Assembly (NCBI GenBank): GCA_905331295.1
Contig: CAJNYD010000113.1
Location: 1 to 64,000, forward strand
Reading direction: 5' to 3'
From: Rotaria socialis
Taxonomy: Eukaryota
DNA: 64,000 bases
Positions within the stretch are counted from its first letter, which is position 1, and every line of letters starts with the position of its first letter. The notes under the pieces are model-generated. The model worked only from the letters and a program-made list of their open reading frames with translations. It was not told the origin of the DNA and did not search any database. Shown in pieces: positions 12,136 to 24,900 of this stretch. The position numbers and the translations under genes are program-made.

Positions 12136-14437
12136 CTATTGATCAATGCCATTGCATTGTGTAGCCGTTTCAGTATAGTTTTTTCCTGCACATAACCAAC
12201 AGCCAGAAATAGTTGGTTGATTTAGAAATGCCAGAAATCTATCTTGATTAATATCTGAATTGTTTCGTGTCGTATTCGTTGAATTTCGTTTTTGTTCTTC
12301 ATCTAATATTGATATCACAAATTGTCTTAATTTGCTTAATTCTGTCTGTTGTTTTTTTATCTTTTTTAAAATTGCATTAACTTGAGCAATCGTATCTGCA
12401 CTGGTCATGGTTGCTGACGCTCTTCTTATCATATTAGTTAATTGTGATATTGAATTAGTTTCTGTCGTATCATATTCAACAATCCAATCAGATGCAGATT
12501 CTTGATGATCTTTAGTATTGACGGTTGATGTAGGTTCAGATTCAGCAAGTTGTTTGACTTCATTTTCAATCTTCTCTTGGTTTTTCTTCTTCTGAATTTT
12601 TCTTTGCATACGTTTTTGACGTCTTGCTATTTCCTTTTGTTCCGCATCGGCTGCATTGAGTTCATGGACTAGTATAGCACGTTGCTCGTTAAGATCGTTT
12701 TGATTTTGCTGTGATACATTTTCAGTCGTTGGAGATAGTGAAAATGGAATGCGAGGTAGAGAAGAAAGTGGACATAAATCTTCTACTTCATCACAATTAT
12801 CAATAAGAAAACCTGAATAAGGTAGACTTTCGAAATTTTTTTGTAATACGGGTTCACCATCAACGATCTAGTAAAATTTAAAAAAGTTATATAAATAAGA
12901 ATAAAATCGTTTTTTTTTGTATCTGTTCAATAAAAATTTGCCTGAAAGAATAATCACTCTTCATCAGACAACTTGAAATTCAGTGAAATGCATTGACAGA
13001 CAGTCTAAAATCTACTTGTTTTTTATCTATAGTAACGTGAGTTTTTATGTGATATCTCACTTTTTGTTAATTTTCGCCATCGACTCGATATGTTTCAGTA
13101 AAAGCGTAAAATCAATTTCTCGTTTAAGATATCCCTGAATATTCGAAATGAAAATTTTTCAAAAATTCTTTGCAACGAATAGAACGTCTCTATAATGAAA
13201 CATCACTTTTTTCGAGTTTTTCACGATATTGAACTCGTTGTCCTTGTTCTACATATACAATTGAAAACTTTAAAAAAGAAATGCATTTCATTGATATCTT
13301 CTGTTGAAAAACTAATGCAATCTACATACGGATGGATTAAACAGTCCAGATGATATTTAGCCGCCCGTATATGTGAACAAGCTTCAGAAAATGTCATGAC
13401 ACTAGGCTAAAAATATTAGCCTCAATAGACGCAATATATCCTGAACGTTTCGATCAGTATACATTATACTGAAATTTGATAATCTACACTTTGACAATAT
13501 AACTTTAGCCTGTATCTATTCTTGATGATTGAATCTATCGATGATATCATATGAAAGCATTTGCAGTGTATTTATCACTATGAATATTCAACAAGTGTAA
13601 CGATGGGGAATGATCGTCGAAATGAAACTCACGAAGGTAGATGATCGAGTAGTCGGCAACCTTCATTTCATATTGATCATGATGGTTCTGGTTGTACTCG
13701 TTTCAGCAATCAAAACTTGGGTCAAGAGATGCACAGGCGGAATGTTACTTTTTGTAGTTGGTTTTACAGATGTAATAAACGCCAAATATACATACGGATG
13801 GTGGTGATGTTGGTAATAATTGCGGATTCAAACATTGACCATTTATTGTTTGCAGAGATTGATCAAATAAAATTCTTTCTATTGTATTTATATCGCCGTA
13901 ACTATTAGCATTGGAAACAAAATGAAATGAATTTTCATGAATATTATCAGCATGCTCTGTTGAAAACGTTGACGTTGGCCTTTCTTCATTCGCAAAACGC
14001 ATTCTATCAAATGTGGATGAATTTATGGAAGATTTTTGTTGCTGTGGCATACGAAGCATTGTTTCTAGATATTGTGTTTTTTGTTCATTACTTTCATTTA
14101 TTTTTGTCTTTTTTACCGAACGTATCCATGATTCACGCTCTTGAGGTATAGCAGTTACTGATGTACATGTAAATGTAGATGAATTAACTGCTTTACTAGC
14201 CATCAATGGTACAGGCAATGATGAAGGACAATATGAATATGATTTGGTATTTGATTTTTGTTGATTTGAATAATTGATTTGATTTTTATTATGAAATCGT
14301 TCATTGCGAGAAGATGATGCATGTTCATGGCGATGTCTATATCTTTGTCTATTATCACTATCATCATATCGTCTATCAGTAGAATGTTCTGTTCTATAAT
14401 ACGGATGATGCCGATGCTTGTCGTCCATTTTATTCAT
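12136..14437 (-). CDS. Uncharacterised protein (His/Arg-rich N-terminus, coiled-coil-like C-terminal half), 2 coding exons
   Basis: ORF 13745-14518 has a GTATGT donor at 13795 (after ...TSPPS, phase 0). ORF 12136-12609 stays open upstream to an AG acceptor at 12868-12869 (phase 0: IVDGEPVLQKNF...). Joining them gives one protein starting MNKMDDKHRHHPY and ending with CWLC...C. Confidence 0.65.
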
Positions 14438-14996
14438 ATCTAATAGGGAAAAAAACGAAAGAAAACAAAATTTGTACATATTCTGTATTTGATGCTTCCG
14501 AAAACGTTTGAAATACAATGAAAATGATTTTATTTCTTCATCCGAACGAGTCGAACATTACACAGAAAAAACAAACGCAAACACCGAGAACAAAAATGGT
14601 GCATGCGCAAAAAACAAAAATCTGTTAAAAACCAAGCGGAGCATATTTTTTTTGTACATGTATTGATTTAAGAATGCTCGCAATTATATTCGAAATACAT
14701 ATGAAGACGAACACGAAAAATAGAACGCTGTACAAAATGAGGCTGATATAACAGAAAACTAATTATGTATTTATTTATTTTTCATTCCAAATAGTTTCAT
14801 TTTGTTCAGGACACAAAACGAATATAACAAAAAAGAGATTCTATCAACGAGAATACAAAAGAAGATTATCTACAAACTAAAAGAATGCGAACGACAATTC
14901 TATTGAAATATATGAATAATGCACAAATGGAAGGATCATTCGTCAAGAAATCACCAGAAGACATTTAAAAAAAAATTCATTTTCTTCTTCTTCATA

Positions 14997-17900
14997 TTAC
15001 AGATCATTTATTGATACATATCGTAAACGTTTATGCAATAGTGGCGAATGTTCATCAACAATATATGAAAAACGAAATTGATCATTATTACTTGTATGTG
15101 GCTCACGTTCGTAACGAACATATAAACAGTCATCAGTTGTATTTCTTGGGCGTTTTTCAATTGAATTTGTATGTGATATCTTTGGAAGAACAATAGTCGA
15201 TGAATTAGTTGATGTTGAAGGCAGTTGACAAGATGATCCTGACTTTATTGTTGATGGAACAACAATAAGTGTTTGCTTCTGTAAATATTGACGACTAGAT
15301 AGAGAGTCTTTTGCCGAAATTGTTTGCGAACGAATAGACAACGATGATGAATTCAATATAGTGTCGAATGATGGTAATGGTTCAGTCGAATTACCATGTA
15401 ATGAGCGAGATATGATTTGAGATGTTGAAGAATTTTGATAGTCAATTGAAGATTGAGGAGTATGATGAACTAAATATGACGGTGTTAATGATGAACGAGA
15501 ATTTGAAACTAAAAAATTGAGTTATTGAAAAAGGAAAGTCTGCTTTTTTTTCTCTTAAATAATTTACTTGTCGAATTATTATTAAAAGATGAAGATGTCG
15601 AATAAGAACCAGATTGTTGTTCTGGATGCTGTCCACCAATACAAATAGTTTGTGTTGGCTGCGATTGGGATGTTGATGAATTGAATCCTCCGCTAGCTAG
15701 TGCAGCAAGTACAGCTGCATTTGTATTTGAAGATGAATTGTCAAGATAAGAATTTGTCGATGATCGCTGTTGTTGATTTGTGAACTGTGGTGGTGACGAT
15801 GCATAACTTCCATTATTTTGTAGATAAACACGTTGTGCTTGTTGATCATAGGTAATTAAATTTTCATTGTGTAGATGATTTGTATTATGCAAAATAGACA
15901 TTGTTTGTGTTGTAATTGCGTCTGTATTAAAAACTAAATTTGATGAAGAGGACGGTGATAATGATGGAGATGGATAATTTATTTGTTGAGATGATGATGA
16001 TGATTGTATATTTTTTGATATCATCTGCCCAGATGGAATTTTATCGCCGTAGCACTTCAGCGTTTCAGCTGATAATTCCGAAAAAGGTTTATTACTTATA
16101 CGTATTACTGTTTTTTGTAAAACATCATCTGTATCTTTTATTTTTATATCTGGAAATGTTATCTCAGCTTCATTTAATGAATGTAATGAACCATTTACAA
16201 AATCCCGTAATTTTCTTAAACCAACATAAAATGGTAGTTTATCTTCAGCACGTGGCAATTGGGAACAACGAGCACTTGATGATGGCATTACGAATACGTG
16301 CTATAGTAAAAAGAAAAACAATAAGAAATATTATTTCTTTTAGTGACAATGAAATGATGAATTAGCTTAATCGAACATTGTAGTTTCTATTTCAAATATA
16401 TATGATCTCAAATAAACATATAATCTGTAAGTAAACATCGATTATGAAATGTCAAAGGTTCATGAAAAAAAAATAGCAACATATTTCAAGCATAAATTGA
16501 TCAATCGTATTCATTCAAAATACTTTGATATCAAAGTCTAGATAAATATCCTTCATCAATTTTGAACTATAATTCAATAGTATGCCTTTCACTGAGAAAT
16601 AACCTACTTTCGAATTGAAAAGATATAAATCTGTAAAAACAAAAGTCTTATCATAATTTTATTTTACTATTATTCTCATAATTCTAAACATCAATCATGA
16701 CATTTTTTTCTTTACTAAAGTTGAGAAATTGAGAAAGCGAGAATTTTCTTTGGATAAAAGCTGCTATATATCTGTATTCTATAGATCATTTAGACCTATC
16801 AATAGATAAAATTTTCCGATGACATGATTTGTTCATGTATAATATGTGGTATTGATTGAAACATTTATCTGTAGAAAACTTTTACTAAGTTTCTGCTATT
16901 CTTGTCAAGATAACTTGGTAATTGCAATATAAGCTAAACAAGAGCCTCTCAAATTTCGCAATTCTTCGACACAAACGACCTAGCGTCGATAGAATTAAGT
17001 CGTTAGAAAATGTATCAAGAGGACCAAGGCTACATTCTGACATACACGCCAAATGCTGTATCGTATTCGACAACTAGTAACCGATAGGAAATGATATCTC
17101 GAGAGTATACACATGGCATCGTGAAAATACACATTCTAATCAAACTGACAAACCAATTGTATCCAGTTAATTTTTGCATATATATATATATCGATGCTTA
17201 CTGTATCTGTCCCAAGAAATAATTCCGGTTGTTTTCCATAATGAAAATGTTTATTGCCAGCATAAACCTCATAGATTCCTAAATTAAATAATAAAATATT
17301 TTATTGATTAATGTAAAAAAATTCCTATTTTGTATTTATACCTCGTCCGTTAAACGCAACAATTTTCGGTCTATAAGTTTTAATTTTGTGCATTAAAACC
17401 TCAGCACCCATAGTTATTTCATCCCTATACAGATTATTTATAAGAATATTAGAAAAACAAATACTGTTTTTCTTTGTTTTTTTTACTTCGTAATATCTGA
17501 TCCAGCTTTTGATGGCCTTTGCACAATATTTGTAAAACCAATGCCATATTGTGGCATACGGTAATCATCATTAGCATTCAGCGAATTTGGTATTAAACCA
17601 GACATATGTAATAACTTCCAAAAATGATTTCCTGGTCCACCATAGTGATGCCCCTTATGTACAGCATAGAGACTTGGATTAACACCGACCTAGATGAAAT
17701 TTTAAAGACAACAGAACGCATAAATTCATGACATACAAAGACAATATCAAGATTTGGTTGAAGAATATCTGAAAGAAGACGTTGTGATAGCTCTTCTTCA
17801 GTTGCACCATCAAAACGATTCGGATTCATTGATACTGTCGAAGCTTTTCTTTTATTATTAACGTTCGTTATTTGTGATTGTGGTGATGATGGCGAACTTG

Positions 17901-20900
17901 TTTTATCCATCATGGTTGGTATTGAAGGTAATAATGGGGATGATGTCACATTCGATATTGGTGACATCATCGTATTTGAAGAATTCAATGGTGTCGACGT
18001 TTGTGATGAAGGAATTTCAGTATTCGTGTTGGTTCTACTTCAATAATTAAACACAAAAGGAATCTTTTTTTAATCAAAAAATAATATTGATCATAATACA
18101 CTTACTCTTGAGATTTCGATTCATTTTCAGTGTCACGTTTAAGTGATTGCCTTAATTTTGCTAGAAATACTTCTGCAACTTCATCGGAGCCTAGGGTACT
18201 TTTTAGAGCACTATTAAATAAAGAAGAGAAAATTTTTTGTGTTTTATTCAAGTAATTTTCATCTACTTAAGATCACCGCCAGATTCCAAATTTTTTTTAA
18301 ATGTTTGCATTAAAACATTTTTTACACTATCTAATGCTTCATCTAAAAGTTCTTTTGTATGACTAAAAGAAAAGTGATTTGAATTCTTCTTCAAAAAACA
18401 AAATGAAAATTTACGTTTCAGAAGTTTGATCTAATACTGGCTTTTGTTGAGATATTTGATTATTATCGTCATTATTAAAATTTATTAACACATTTGTTAC
18501 ATGTGATGTTGGTGATGATTGAATCGTTACTGGTTCATATAATGAATCATTATGACCATTTGTGAGTATTGTTGATGTAAGTTCATTTGCTGTTGAACAG
18601 TTTTGTTGCTCGTTTATTAGATATTCTGTTGACATTTGTGAGCCAAACGAATTTTTACGTGTTATTAATTCGCCATTTTCATTTTTCTTTAGTTTTATTA
18701 ATAACTGTCGATTTGATTCGGGCTCAACGATTGACGGAATCCTAAACAAATAAAAGATATGAAGAGAACAGCATAAGATAGAGATATAATACATAATGAA
18801 CTATGTATGTATGCACATTTCTTTTATATAGCCAATTCTGTTCGTTGACAAGAGGAAAGAAAGCAAACGAGGGAGAAAGAGAAGAAGAAGAACAAGAAGA
18901 AGTAGAAGAGAAAAAGGAAACCGTACATTCCAACTCAAACAAGTCGGATATATGTATGTTTGTTTAAGTATATAACTATGTTGAAGAAGAGAGAAGAAGA
19001 AAAAAATGAATACAAGGTTGATGTTAAAAGGTGAAAGTATAAAAATACCCGTTTGATGAAGTTGTAGTTGTCATTGTTAAACTGTCTCGACGAATTTTAA
19101 GAACTAACGGCGAAGTTAAAGTTGGTTCACTTGCTATACAATGTTCTTGTTGTACACTATACAAATAAAAAGAAGAAAACAAAAGACAATTATCAATTCT
19201 TTTTCATTCTTGCACTAAATGACTCACTCGGTAATTCGTTTATTTTGCTGATTAGACACATAATCATTATTAAGGTCAGTATTTAATCTAAACCAAAAAA
19301 AATAATAACAGAATTAAATAGCTACTATTTTAAAGAAATGTTTCGAGACTAAACCCTGACAGGCTCTGTTGTTAGTTTTAGATAGTTTTGGAAGTTTAGT
19401 ACGGAATATAACACATAGAATTCCACTGGAAAAAAAGACAAATTTTTACATATTAGAAGCTCAGCTTCATTTCAAAAATATCAGTAAAATCTTATATTTC
19501 TCATAGAAATCTTTCATTGATACTGAAATAAAATTTTAAAGTTGTTTTTCATGTGTTTCAAAGTGATCGATTAAACTCGTTTTTAGTAAATATGAATAAA
19601 ATAGATAAATCATGCATTTTATTAATGGTTTAAATGAAAGAAAATTTCAAGCAGAAATTGAAGAGATAAATTATTATTTCAACATCAAGCAAAGACTTTA
19701 GCTAGAGAAATACTTGACTTATAAGAATGAGATTGATATGAAATTCTTTTCCACTTACATATTATTACTAACATTATCATTTGATAATGACTTTTTAGTA
19801 CGTTTAGCTGGACGAGTTACGCTTTCCAAAGAGATCAAACTAAAAAAGTAAATATTTAGTTTAATGAAAAAAAAAACAATTTTTTTTGTATATGATATAC
19901 TCTGTGTATTCTTCATCAATATGATCAGCAGCACAACCATTGAGAAATGGGTTTTTTAATTTGACACGCAGTGTTCCAGGTGATGCAGTCATAATAACAC
20001 TATCACTTTCGTTGTTCTGAATAAATGACGATGAATTAGATTGTCCACGATCTATAGTTTCGGTTGATATATGACTGTCAATATGAGTAGAGAAAAAAGA
20101 ATTTCAATTAAATCACTAACTAACAAATTAAAAAAAGAAGAAACATTCTTACAATGTATGAGGATTTATAACATCTGGATTATGATCATCATATTTTTTC
20201 AATTTCAAAACTATTGGTGGCGGTGCTGTTTGAGCTCTACGAACCAACAAATAAATAGATTAGAAACTATACAGAATATTCTGGATGCATTTGTAACTCT
20301 TATGTTTAGATTTGACTTCGAGAAAATCAAATGATACGTTGATAATTATTATTCAGTGTTTGTATGTCGAAAAAAAAATGTAAATTTTAAATATAGTAAA
20401 ACAAGGCTATGAGTTTTCGTTGACAAACTTCATGGTAATGCTTTTTTTCCATTTAATTAGAAGATTTGTAGGGTTCAATATATCCAGATTATCTATCGGT
20501 ATATTAGTAAATGTTTCGTTTAGAGTTTATTTTATCAAAAAGTAATTAAGAATGAGATGAAAACGAACAAGTACTTTTAGAAATGAAGACACATATGATC
20601 ACAACTAAAAGACTTATATCGAGCTCGGATGGTATTTGGAATGGCTTTCACTAACTTGAGCTACACGATAGATTAAAAAAAACTTCTGATTAACTTGATA
20701 TTTATCTTTTTCTAAAGATAGAACTCAGCAATATCCTCGCCCAGATGCGTCATATTCATGACCGAAAATTACAAATGTCATTTATCTGCTTTTCGAGAGT
20801 TTATCAATCTAAAGTTTAATCTAGATAAAATTATCTTGATCAATAATAATGAATCGAAGCCTGATTCAATTCTAACAGCGGATAAGCATTGTGAGTTAAA

Positions 20901-21202
20901 ATCACAACAGTTTCGGTAAAATATTTTTGTTTGAAGATTTTCCTAACAATTTTAATTTTTTTCGTAACGTCAAGAAAAACATTGAAAATTTACATTAACG
21001 CTAAATCTAACGATAACTCTAAAAGTTCTTATTAGTCTTTTACATTGATTACAATAATTTCTCTTCGAAAGAACGTGATCTAATTTCTTTCTACTTGAAA
21101 TAATATATTATTTTCGGGAGAAAATCATTCGATTTCGGAAAATTTCAGTTTGATATTTTCAAAAATCCCAAATAAAAATTCTTACGTGAGTTGTTCATTC
21201 AT
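14997..21202 (-). CDS. TDG: G/T mismatch-specific thymine DNA glycosylase (MUG/TDG family) with long low-complexity N- and C-terminal extensions
   Basis: Catalytic domain after splicing: NRFDGATEEEL..LSDILQPNLDIVF|VGVNPSLYAVHKGHHYGGPGNHFWKLLHMSGL..YGIGFTNIVQRPS..KIVAFNGR|GIYE..VMPSSSARCSQLPRAEDK. The first exons join in phase from ATG 21202 (MNEQLT|AQTAPPPIVLKLKK). The last intron (~15510-15566) joins the 14997-15356 ORF. The N-terminal exon chain is less certain than the core. Confidence 0.92.
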
Positions 21203-21907
21203 TGTTGCCTTTCGTTGTTACTATCAATCACTGATATTATTTGTTATACTCGTATGATAGTTAGAAAAGTCTTGGCATAAATTTACAAACATTGTTTCAT
21301 TTTTTGACATTGTTAATAATTATGATTGTATGTACACAAGACAAATAAATAAAACATAATCAGAAAAAAAAGAATCAAAAATAGGACGATTGGTTGGTTA
21401 AAAGTGCCAAACAAAAACAAGCACAAAAAGTTGATTGATCTATTTCTTCTAGTAAAAAAAGGAAAACGCAGTAAACTGTTCTCTTGTTGTCCATATTTTA
21501 ACTTAAATGTCACATTGACAACCATATCCAATAGTTGTTGTACTCTATTCATTTAATGTTTATAAGTGTGGATGATAGATGGTGCTTGAATAATTACAAA
21601 ACATGAAGAAAGAAATTTCATCTAAACATTATTTCGAAAAAATTAGAAAAAAAAGAAATAATTATTTTTCCTTTTTGCTTCACCCGTAACACAAGAAGCA
21701 TAGCGAAAAGCTGATCAATGGGTAATTTCTTCCTATAAATACGAAGGTAAAAACCAGTATCTGATTCATAGTCATATCGTTCTCTTCTTTTTCATTGTCG
21801 ATAGACGCATCTATACATCCACGTGAAATTACGGAGGACATTTTCTTACAATTTACTTATCTGTTTCTTTTTCAGATGACTTTTGTTATTTATCTTTGTT
21901 AACAAAT
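21203..21907. promoter_or_regulatory. Putative bidirectional promoter / 5' UTR region between divergent TDG and HUWE1
   Basis: The start codons of the two divergently oriented genes are only ~700 nt apart. The interval includes a likely HUWE1 5' UTR intron (donor ~21747, acceptor 21874-21875). Confidence 0.6.
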
Positions 21908-24900
21908 ATGAAAATTGATCGATCGAAATTGAAAAAATATCTACCGGAACCAGTAAGAAATTAAGAATATTGCATGTTTACAAATTTTTTGTTTACTTGT
22001 TTTCTTTCTCTTGTTTGTTATAGCCGGCTGATTGTAAATTATTTATCGATAAATTAAAAAGTTGTGATCGAAAAGAATTACACGATCTATTGACACCAAT
22101 AACTATTTGGCATATTGGAAAAGTAAGTTTTCAATTGATAGAATTTCGATAATTTCACTTCTTTTTCTCGACACTCAACTTTTATAGTTTTACAAAGTTA
22201 GTAAAACTATTACGTTCTTATGCAATCCTTTGTTTCGTTCATCTTGAGCAACTCATGTTTTGAGAATAGAAAAAAATATATAAATATATATTTATTTCAT
22301 TACTATTTTAATTTTTTTGCTTATGTTCTAGTGTGAACTATATCATTGGATTGATGCATTGGATTTATTTGATTCAATTCTAGAAGAAGCTTGTATAAAA
22401 ACGGGCACATGGATGCTCAACTGTGACAAACCAGAAAATGGAGAGGTTTGTTTTCATACATTAAATATAATCCGATAATTCTGCACTCGCATCTCCAGCT
22501 AGGATTTTATTCTTTCAATCTGTAGAATATTCTGTTATTATATAGAATTTTAATCCGGAAGATGTTAAAACATTTAAATCTCATTGGAATGCAGTTCTAC
22601 TGAATAGGGTTACACTCTATTCGTTCAGTAGTCAATTTAGAAAAATACTTCGAATTTTTGCTGGATATTAAATAAATATTTATACTCGTAAAATACGTTT
22701 CTGAGATCTTCTATAAATTTGGTTTTCTGATCAAATATATTTTATTTGAAATAAATTAAAGAAAAAAAAGAATATTCTATTTCGGTGGGAAATTCATAGT
22801 CTAAAATACTACAGGTCTGAGTCAGTGATTTGAACATTTATCGATAATTCTATATAGATTTCTTATCGAATGTATCTTCATGAAAAGAGGAAACTTGTAT
22901 TTTTTTAAAATTATAACTAAAACAATACTGTCATAATAAGGCTTCGATGAATATTTTTTTGCTCTACTTGACGCATATGTTTATGTGAACAAATAAAGTT
23001 TATTTTTTACAATTTTTGTTTTCTTTCTTTTATTTAGTTAAAAATTTTAGTTCTCGATATTCTTCATTTTACTGCGTTATTAATTGAACATTCATACTCT
23101 CGTCATTTATATAATTCAATTGAATATTTAATTATGTTGTTACAATCATCCGATGTCCATATTGTACTTGGTGTGCTATCGCTTCTGTATGTATTCAGTA
23201 AACGTTCAAATTTTATAACAAGACTTCAAATTGATAAGAAGCAAGCATTGATTGGTCGACTTATTTTCTTAGCTGAGGTAAGCTAATTTTTTCCTTTTTC
23301 TCAAGAAAATGTAGACAATGCCAGAGAAAATAGGACATACATGTTTGTTTCGGTTTTCTGAATGAATTCTTGTAGTATACATCTATAGACTATTGTAGTA
23401 AATGATTAATTAACGAATATCTTTCCATTTGAATTACAAAAAAATTAATTACGACATATTCTACAGTTAAAGCCTTTCTGTTAAAAGAAATTTTCTATCA
23501 CATGCTAAATCATAAATATTTATCTCGATAAAATCTGCAAACTTTTAGGCAAATGATTTGCGCTATTTAGAATTAAAATTTGAGTTCATGATTTGCCTTT
23601 AAGATTAAATCAAGACGTTTAGCGCCAGGACATCTAGAGTCATTTGACATATATGTATTTACTCGAAAATATTATTAATTTAAAAATAATTTCACTTATT
23701 ACGCATTATTTTACTGCTATTTATTTATTTATCTATTTTAGACTTGGGGTGGACGAGAGAATGGATTTGATTTAGCGCGTTGTTGTAGTGTTTTAAATCC
23801 ATCAGTAAGTATTCCTATTTTAATCTTATAAGTTTGACTTTCATTCTTCGTACAGGACTTTCCTGAACATGCAACAAATCTACATTTTTGTTATATCGTA
23901 CCATCAGAATCCACATCAAATAGTGGTCCAACATTGGTAAATAAAATAAAACATACTTTTTATTTCGTCTTTGCTGTATCTCTACAAACAAATCTTGATT
24001 TTGTTTTTCTTTAGCAAATCACAAAACAAATTGATATTCCAAATGTTCATCAAGCTGGAGTCAATGCTGCTGCTGTGATGGAAATAGTTCTTGCTGAACA
24101 TCCATTACCTGAAGATAAACAGATAAAATTATTTACACATCTTCGTCTAGCTTATGCGTTTCCATCATTTGAGCAACGCTTATTATGTATTCAAGCACGA
24201 TTACAAGCATTATCCATTCTGAGTAACAAAACCAAATATCTAGACGTTGAAAATAAGAATAACTTTTTTTTGTCTCTTTTTAGTTTATTCCTCAGGAATG
24301 CAAGAGGCAAATAATGTTTTATATGATGGTTTGATTGAGGAACTAGTTGAAGTATTAAATGTTCGTGATCCAACATTAACAGTATGTTTTCTAATTAATA
24401 AATGAATATACAGATTTTCAAATGTATTCTTTCTTTTGTTAGGATATAAAAGCTTCAGCATTAAAAACTTTAACATCAATTATTCATCTTGAACGAACGA
24501 CAAAGTATACTTTATTCTGAAACGACAGTCTTCTTTTTACTATTATTTTCGTTTTTTTTTCTGTCAGACATCCACCACGTTTACAAGAAATAATTGAAAC
24601 AACACAAGCTAATTCATATCATGGATTTTTACCAGCACTTGTACGACAATGTATTGATAAATTAACTGGTAAATTCATTGAATTATAAGATTATTTGTTT
24701 CTATTTCTATTTCTATTCTATTAGATGATAGTAATGAACGATTCCCTCAATCGTTATCAACAGCTTTATTTTCTTTTCTTTATCATTTGGCATCCTATGA
24801 AACAGGCGGTGATGCATTAGTTAACTGTGGTATAATGCAATCATTAATCAAAGTTGTTAATTATTATGATGAATCTCAAGATTTTATTATGGTATGAAAC

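Noticed and set aside
13590..13795. Slightly GC-richer ORF-like stretch inside the long intron of the 12136-14437 gene
   Set aside because: Short, interrupted by stops and without recognisable motifs. It may be a decayed fragment but cannot be supported.
15509..15566. Alternative TDG C-terminus KLFKRKKSRLSFFNNSIF* shown in the ORF track
   Set aside because: This is read-through into a typical ~57-nt GT-AG intron. The spliced frame continues to 14997.
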